A DNA stretch of 64,000 nt from Chloroflexota bacterium (GTDB taxonomy: Bacteria; Chloroflexota; Limnocylindria; Limnocylindrales; CSP1-4): NCBI GenBank assembly GCA_031370565.1, contig JANMQO010000163.1, positions 7,576 through 71,575 on the forward strand, given 5' to 3'. Under the pieces are notes generated by a model. It worked only from the letters and a program-made list of their open reading frames with translations. It had not been told where the DNA came from and made no database searches. A program made the position numbers and the translations under genes. Every line of letters starts with the position of its first letter. Position 1 is the stretch's first letter. This document shows positions 55,796 through 64,000 of the stretch, piece by piece.

Positions 55796-57997
55796 TTACT
55801 TCACGAAGACGTACACCGCAGCATGGGCGACGGTCGTCGAGCCGTTGCTCACCGTCAGCCAGGCCTGGTGATCACCGAGCGCCGCACCCTGCGCCGCCGC
55901 CATCGTGACGTTCACGGTGGTGGACGACCCGCCGGCCACGGTGACCGATCCCGGGGCAACCGAGAAGGCCACGCCCGAGCTCGTCGTGCCGGTGACTCCC
56001 AGCGTCCACGTTGCCGTGCCTGCCGACAGGTTGGTCAGGGTGACCGCGACGGTCCTCGTCTGGCCGGAGCCGGACGGCACCGAGCCGAAGCTCACGCTGA
56101 CGGGCTCGATCGCGACGGAGGCCCCGACGGCCGACAGCAGGTTCTCACGGCCGGCGCCCTGGATGTTCACGTCCGTCACAACGATCGTGCCGTCCTTGTA
56201 CTTCTTGAGCACGTTCAGGTCAGCGGTGTTGACGATCGCGGACCGGACCTGAGCCGCGGTCCAGTTCGGATGCTGGCCGCGGACCACGGCCGCCGACCCC
56301 GCCAGGTGCGGTGTCGCCATCGAGGTGCCCTGGAAGAACGCCCAGCAGCCGCCGCTCCCGCAATCGCCGGGTACGGAGCTGAGCACGTTCACGCCCGGCG
56401 CAACAACATCCGGCTTGACCCGGAAGTCCACGTCGGTCGGTCCCTGGCTGCTGAAGCCAGCCATGATGTCGACGTTCGCGGTGAGGAAGTACTGCAGCGT
56501 CGAACCGATCGTGGTGGACGTACCGGAGAGGGTCTTGATGGCCTGACCCGTCGCCTGGCCGACCATGTAGGCCGGGACCGTGGGCTGGCTGCCTGTGCCA
56601 TCGGAGGCCATCGCCACCGGATCGCCGGCGACGTTGTTGGCCACCAGGACTGCGACCGCACCCGCGTTGGCGGCGTTGCGGATTTTGGTCGAGAACGTGC
56701 AGACGCCCCGGCTGATCAACGCGATCTTGCCGCTGAGGCTGCCCGCCGGCAGGGCCGCGCAGGCCGTGCCCAGGTCGATGGAGGTGGCGGCCGTCACGAC
56801 CCCGAGCGGCGCCGTGAGGTTCGACGTGGCGACGACGAAGTCACCGGTCGCGGCGCCGTACGTGGCGGAACCGACAGTGACCGGCGCGCCGACGAAATGC
56901 GGAACCGTGGAAGCACCCGCCGTCAACGCCCGCGCTGCCGAGCCTGGCGACTCCACCGTGTAGTGGCCCGGGCCGCTGTTGCCAGCCGCCACCGCGACCA
57001 CCATGTCCGCCGCGTCCAGGTTGTCGACGGCCACGGTCAGCAGATCCTGGATCCCGCTGGCCCCGCCACCGAGGCTCATGTTGGCGACGTCCATGCCATC
57101 CGCATAGGCGGCATCGAGCGCGTTGAGGATGTCCTCCGAGCGGGCATTGCCCACCTCACCCGGGAAGACGTTGTAGTTGCCCAGCAGCGCCCGCGGCGCC
57201 ACGCCGGAGACACCGTATGGAATGGACACGCCGTGCACGGTGGCCGGCGTCAGATAGTTGCAGGCGACCGTGCCCGCCACGTGGGTGCCGTGGTCCTGGA
57301 CGGCCTGCGCGGTGAGGCCGTTCTGGGGCAGCTTGTTGTTGAAGACCCGGGCCACGATCACCTTGTTGTTGGTGAAACGCGGGTCACCGAGCTGCGCGGT
57401 GGTCGAGTAACCGGCATCGTTGAAGCATGGGTGGGTCAGGTCGATCCCCGTGTCGACGATGGCGACCTTGACGCCGGCGCCGGCATTGGCCGAACCGCCC
57501 GCCTGGTTCCAGGCATCGATCGCGTGGATGATGCCCAGGTCCGGATCGCTGGTCGGGTAGTACAGACCCTCATACTCAACGCGGCTGGCGAGTGTGCTCG
57601 TCCGGAGCACGTCGAGGCTCGTGCCGTTGAGCTTGACCGACACGGCATTGAGGCTGATGTCCCAGCCGCCGGTCACCTTGGCCAACGGCGCGTTCGCCCG
57701 CAGCCACTGCTTGAAGTCGTTGCGCAGGGCGGACAGCTGTGCCCGGTAGCTCTTCACGGTCGAGCCGTTGAAGTCGATCTTCTTGCCTGGCGCAGGCTTG
57801 GTCTTGACGTAGGTGGAGAGCGGATCGCCATTGAGTTGCACGAGCGCGTAGGCGGCATCCACGCCGGGCTGCGCGGACGGAGCGTCGTTGGTATTCGAGG
57901 CCCTACCGGCCGGACCGGCTGCCCCGGCCGGTAGGGCCAGGACGAGTGCGGCGACCGCGGCGAGCGCGACCGAGCTGCGAAGACGGCGGGTGGTCAA
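55796..57997 (-). CDS. secreted subtilisin-like serine protease (S8) with I9 propeptide and PA-domain insert
   Basis: Catalytic triad VAIVDTGID / HGTHVAGT / GTSMATPHLAG. Signal peptide RRLRSSVALAAVAALVLALPAGAAG. TTG start 57997 with a GGAGGG SD. Confidence 0.8.
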   Translation of the reverse strand: MTTRRLRSSVALAAVAALVLALPAGAAGPAGRASNTNDAPSAQPGVDAAYALVQLNGDPLSTYVKTKPAPGKKIDFNGSTVKSYRAQLSALRNDFKQWLRANAPLAKVTGGWDISLNAVSVKLNGTSLDVLRTSTLASRVEYEGLYYPTSDPDLGIIHAIDAWNQAGGSANAGAGVKVAIVDTGIDLTHPCFNDAGYSTTAQLGDPRFTNNKVIVARVFNNKLPQNGLTAQAVQDHGTHVAGTVACNYLTPATVHGVSIPYGVSGVAPRALLGNYNVFPGEVGNARSEDILNALDAAYADGMDVANMSLGGGASGIQDLLTVAVDNLDAADMVVAVAAGNSGPGHYTVESPGSAARALTAGASTVPHFVGAPVTVGSATYGAATGDFVVATSNLTAPLGVVTAATSIDLGTACAALPAGSLSGKIALISRGVCTFSTKIRNAANAGAVAVLVANNVAGDPVAMASDGTGSQPTVPAYMVGQATGQAIKTLSGTSTTIGSTLQYFLTANVDIMAGFSSQGPTDVDFRVKPDVVAPGVNVLSSVPGDCGSGGCWAFFQGTSMATPHLAGSAAVVRGQHPNWTAAQVRSAIVNTADLNVLKKYKDGTIVVTDVNIQGAGRENLLSAVGASVAIEPVSVSFGSVPSGSGQTRTVAVTLTNLSAGTATWTLGVTGTTSSGVAFSVAPGSVTVAGGSSTTVNVTMAAAQGAALGDHQAWLTVSNGSTTVAHAAVYVFVK

Positions 57998-58153
57998 GGA
58001 ATCCCTCCAGGGTGTGGTCGTTTGGCCTGCTCCGGATGCGCCGACCCCCGGACACCTCCTGTGGCGGCGACTGTAGTACAGACGGACGAGCCTCTGAAGG
58101 GCCAACCTGTCCAGGTGGTGCGAGGGTGCACCGGCAACCTCAGGGTCGGAAGC

Positions 58154-60765
<2,612 letters not shown>

Positions 60766-61091
60766 GATCTCGACTCCTCAGGTGGTCGGACACGAGCCGC
60801 TTCGACCCGCGACCGATGGCGCATCGGTGCGATCGACCGGCCGCGCGTGCTCCGATTCGTGCCCGTTGGGGGCGCATCGGAGGAGTCGGCTTCCGCAGTC
60901 CGTGGCATTGTACCCCCGTGGACCAAGGATTGCAGCCGGGTTGCGAGGGGGTTGCGTGACGTCGCCGGGCCGGGCCGGCGCGGGCGATGACACGTCCAGT
61001 GGCGCACCCAGTGGCGCACCGAACGTGGAGGAGCCTATAGTTCGGACAGGCCGCTCGGCCCAGTCACGTAGCAGAGGTTACCTCCCCCACA

Positions 61092-61397
61092 GTGCCAGCC
61101 CCGAAGCGCAAGACCGTCTATCGCAAGCCCATCCAGGTCAAACCGCCCATCCCGGGCGTCACCGCCCCCGAGCCATACGTCCGCCCGACCGTCGCTCAGA
61201 TCAACGGAGCGGCCATGATCGGCCGAACCGACCTCACCGTTGGCGATCGTGTCCGGATCATCGGGACGGGCCTCTACAACGGCGAGGCCGCGACGATCGA
61301 GAAGTTCGCCGGCGCCGTCATTCCGACCGCCATCGTGCGCACCGAGGCCGGCCGCAGCCGCCAGGTCCGCACGATCGATCTCGAACCGATCGAATAG
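61092..61397 (+). CDS. small hypothetical protein (possibly only the C-terminal 60 aa from ATG 61215)
   Basis: GC3-biased ORF. The internal ATG 61215 has a GGAG SD. GDRVRIIGTGLYNGEAATIEKF looks like a KOW/SH3-like small domain. Confidence 0.4.
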   Translation: MPAPKRKTVYRKPIQVKPPIPGVTAPEPYVRPTVAQINGAAMIGRTDLTVGDRVRIIGTGLYNGEAATIEKFAGAVIPTAIVRTEAGRSRQVRTIDLEPIE

Positions 61398-61398
61398 C

Positions 61399-62634
61399 CT
61401 ACGCCTCGTCGAGGGCTCGGGCGAGGTCGGCGATGAGGTCGCGGGCGGCCTCGATCCCGACGGACAGGCGGACGAGCGCGCGGTCAACCTCGAGGGTGGA
61501 ACCGGTCACCGAGGCGTGGGTCATGATCGCCGGCACCTCGATGAGCGACTCGACGCCGCCGAGCGACTCGGCCAGGGTGAAGATGCGGGTCGCCTCGCAC
61601 AGGGCGATCGCGCGGTCGGCGGCAGTGCGTCCGTGGCGGCCGCCGGCGCGCGGAGCGAACGAGACCATCCCGCCGAACAACCGCATCTGACGCGCGGCGA
61701 GCGCCGCCTGCGGGTGCGCGTTCGGACCATCGGCCAGGCCCGGGTAGCGGACCCACTCGACATCGTCGCGGGCCGCCAGGAAGCGAGCCACTGCGTCGGC
61801 GTTGGCGGCGTGCCGCTCGGTCCGGATCGCAAGGGTGCGCAGGCCGCGCAGGACGAGGAAACAGTCGAACGGGCCGGGCACGCCGCCCATCGCGTTCTGC
61901 AGGAAGCGGAGCTGCTCGCCCAGGTCATCGCGGCGGGTCGCCAGCACGCCGTTGACGACGTCCGAGTGCCCCGCCAGGTACTTGGTCGCGGAATGGAACA
62001 CGATATCCGCGCCGAGCTCCAGCGGCCTTTGAGCGGCCGGCGAGGCGAATGTGTTGTCGACGACTACAATCGGCCGCTCGCCGCGCGCGCCCCTGTGCTC
62101 CGCCAGCGCTGCCGCGACCGCCGCGATGTCGACGATCTTGAGGTGCGGATTGGACGGCGTCTCAAACCACACCAGCCGGGTCCGCTCGGTGAGGTTGGCC
62201 CGGACCGCCGCGCCCGAGTCGCTGGCCAGGTCCACCCAGCGCGCCGCCACCCCACGCGGTCCGGCAACGCGGTGCAAGTAGCGGTACGTGCCGCCGTAGA
62301 CGTCGTCGCTGGCGATGACCTCCTCGCCCGGCCCGACAAGCTCGGCGATCGCAGCGGTGGCCGCGGAGCCGCTGGCGAAGGCAACTCCGTGCGTCCCGCC
62401 CTCCAGCGTCGCGACGGCCCGCTCCAGGCGCTCGCGGGTCGGGTTCTGGCTTCGAGCGTATTCGTAGCCGCGGGTCGGCTTGCCGACCGCCTGCTGGGCA
62501 TAGGTCGAGGTCTGATAGATGGGCGGCGCAACGGCCCCGGTCAGTTCGTCGGGTTCCTGGCCGGCATGGACACTCAGGGTCTCGAAGCTCAGGGCGTCGT
62601 CGTTCGGGTCGTGCATCGGCGCATCATCGCGCAT
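61399..62634 (-). CDS. cystathionine gamma-synthase/gamma-lyase family PLP enzyme (MetB/MetC-like)
   Basis: The PLP-lysine motif HSATKYLAGHSDV and overall Cys/Met-metabolism PLP fold. It lies downstream of cbs, as in reverse transsulfuration operons. Confidence 0.85.
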   Translation of the reverse strand: MRDDAPMHDPNDDALSFETLSVHAGQEPDELTGAVAPPIYQTSTYAQQAVGKPTRGYEYARSQNPTRERLERAVATLEGGTHGVAFASGSAATAAIAELVGPGEEVIASDDVYGGTYRYLHRVAGPRGVAARWVDLASDSGAAVRANLTERTRLVWFETPSNPHLKIVDIAAVAAALAEHRGARGERPIVVVDNTFASPAAQRPLELGADIVFHSATKYLAGHSDVVNGVLATRRDDLGEQLRFLQNAMGGVPGPFDCFLVLRGLRTLAIRTERHAANADAVARFLAARDDVEWVRYPGLADGPNAHPQAALAARQMRLFGGMVSFAPRAGGRHGRTAADRAIALCEATRIFTLAESLGGVESLIEVPAIMTHASVTGSTLEVDRALVRLSVGIEAARDLIADLARALDEA

Positions 62635-62660
62635 CGCCGGGTACTGTGGGGCCCGGGGCC

Positions 62661-62766
62661 GTGTAGCCGGAGCCGCGTAACCGGGGCCGCGTAGCCGGAG
62701 CCTCAGGTGGAGCCACGTAGCCGGCGCCTCAGGTGGAGCCGCGTAGCCGGGGTCTCAGGTGGAGCG
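62661..62766. repeat. degenerate tandem repeat array (14-nt gcgtagccggRgcc units alternating with 12-nt tcaggtggagcc units) in the cbs / metB-like intergenic region, overlapping the cbs stop codon
   Basis: Read directly. On the coding strand each 26-nt unit reads ggctccacctga (G S T stop), a copy of the last codons of cbs. Confidence 0.75.
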
Positions 62767-64000
62767 GTGGGCCAGGTGCTCAAGCAGGTCGAGCCTGGTC
62801 ACGATGCCGGCAGGACGACCGGCGTGCACGGCCAGGAGCGCGGCAGCCGCACCGGACAGCAGGCCGAACGCCTCATCGAGGCTCGCACCGACATCGATCA
62901 CGGGCAGGGACCGGTCCATCACCTCGCCGACAGTGCGCTCCACCACGGACGGATCGCGGTACGCCCGATCGAGCAGGCCCCGCTCGGAGATGGCCCCGAC
63001 AATCGAGTCGATCGCCTCGCCCTCCGAGGCTTCGGAGACCGGCATCTGGCTGATCCCGTAGGCCTGCAGCGTCTCGATCGCCGCGTCGACTCGCTGCGTC
63101 GTCCGGGCCACCACCACGGCCGGGCGATCCGGGGCGGCGTGCCGGCCGGCCAGCAGGTCCGCCACCCGGACCACAGCGCCCGGCGAGGCGAGCAGGCCGT
63201 TCGTGCGCATCCATTCGTCGTTGTAGAGCTTCGACAGGTAGGATCGGCCGCCATCCGGCAACAGCACGACGAGCACGGCGTTCGGGGCGTCGGCGGGCGA
63301 CTCGGTCATGATCCGGCGCGCCTCGTCCAGGGCGGCCACCACGGCCGTGCCGCACGACTCGCCGGCCAGGATCCCCTCCTCGCGCGTGAGCCGGCGAGCC
63401 ATCGCAAACGCGTCGCGATCCGAGACGCGGACCCAGCGGTCGACCACGGCCGGATCGTACGTGCCGGGCAAAAAGTCCTCGCCGATACCCTCGGTCAGGT
63501 AGGGCCGGGCGGTGTCGCCCGAGAGCACGCTGCCCTCCGGGTCAGCGCCGATGATCCTGACCGCGGGGTTCTGCGCCTTGAGGTACTGGCCCGTCCCGGA
63601 GATGGTGCCGCCGGTACCGACGCTGGCCACGAAGTGGCTGATCCGGCCGTCCGTCTGGCGCCACAACTCGGGGCCGGTGGTGGCCACGTGCGCCCGAGGG
63701 TTCTCCTGGTTCCAGTATTGGTCCGGCTTGAATGCCCCCGGGATGTCGCGCGCCAGTCGGGCGGCCACGGAGTAGTAGCTTTCCGGGCTCTCCGGCGCGA
63801 CGTTCGTTGGACACAGCACCACTTCGGCGCCGTAGGCACGCAGCAGCTGCTGCTTCTCACTGGACTGCTTGTCGGCCATGACGAAGATGCAGCGATAGCC
63901 CTTGCGGATGGCGGCGATCACCAGGCCATGGCCGGTGTTGCCGCTGGTCGGCTCGATGATGGTGCCGCCGGGCTTGAGCAGGCCGGCCCGCTCGGCCGCT
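62755..64000 (-). CDS. cbs: cystathionine beta-synthase (PLP domain plus C-terminal CBS pair), 5-prime end beyond window
   Basis: ...KPGGTIIEPTSGNTGHGLVIAAIRKGYRCIFVMADKQS...VGTGGTISG... is a fold-type II PLP enzyme with a CBS-domain tail. The reading frame continues past 64000. Confidence 0.85.
   Translation of the reverse strand, partial: AAERAGLLKPGGTIIEPTSGNTGHGLVIAAIRKGYRCIFVMADKQSSEKQQLLRAYGAEVVLCPTNVAPESPESYYSVAARLARDIPGAFKPDQYWNQENPRAHVATTGPELWRQTDGRISHFVASVGTGGTISGTGQYLKAQNPAVRIIGADPEGSVLSGDTARPYLTEGIGEDFLPGTYDPAVVDRWVRVSDRDAFAMARRLTREEGILAGESCGTAVVAALDEARRIMTESPADAPNAVLVVLLPDGGRSYLSKLYNDEWMRTNGLLASPGAVVRVADLLAGRHAAPDRPAVVVARTTQRVDAAIETLQAYGISQMPVSEASEGEAIDSIVGAISERGLLDRAYRDPSVVERTVGEVMDRSLPVIDVGASLDEAFGLLSGAAAALLAVHAGRPAGIVTRLDLLEHLAHRST

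Noticed and set aside
62661-62766. CRISPR array
   Set aside because: Units are only 12-14 nt with no unique spacers. It is a simple degenerate tandem duplication.

Overview
High-GC (~70%) chromosomal segment that looks actinobacterial (F420-type LLM oxidoreductase, SARP regulators, a DtxR-family regulator, leaderless promoters). No rRNA, tRNA, CRISPR or obvious mobile elements were seen. The window is dominated by a large phosphorus-acquisition cluster. It carries a 2-aminoethylphosphonate (AEP) catabolic pair (phnW-phnX) divergent from a phnS/T/U/V-like ABC importer, pstSCAB-phoU and a SixA-like phosphohistidine phosphatase. It also carries a glycerophosphodiesterase plus an EEP-family phosphatase/nuclease, a PhoR-like histidine kinase, a DUF47 PhoU-like protein, a PiT phosphate permease and an OmpR/PhoB-type response regulator. 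A 978-aa secreted phosphodiester-glycosidase/metallophosphoesterase multidomain protein lies further downstream. Interleaved with these are toxic-anion genes: a single-ORF MerR-ArsC fusion behind a textbook 19-bp-spacer MerR promoter, crcB plus DUF190, and arsR-arsM followed by a 17-aa Cys-rich smORF. The second half holds a reductive pyrimidine-catabolism cluster. It contains a eukaryote-type beta-ureidopropionase, a dihydropyrimidinase, methylmalonate-semialdehyde dehydrogenase and a class-III aminotransferase with a NitT/TauT-type ABC importer. This cluster lacks a canonical dihydropyrimidine dehydrogenase but contains an F420-type luciferase-like oxidoreductase, a SARP/TPR regulator and a DUF4242 protein. 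I consider this the best candidate for an undescribed system. Housekeeping genes (deaD-like, proS, gltX, upp, mdh, pckA, lgt, cbs plus a metB-like gene), a sugar ABC transporter with a ROK regulator, a secreted subtilase, several strong GC hairpins and in-frame coding tandem repeats make up the rest. Gene calls rest on protein-motif recognition from the six-frame track. Many long antisense ORFs are GC artefacts and were ignored. Start codons are often uncertain by tens of codons.
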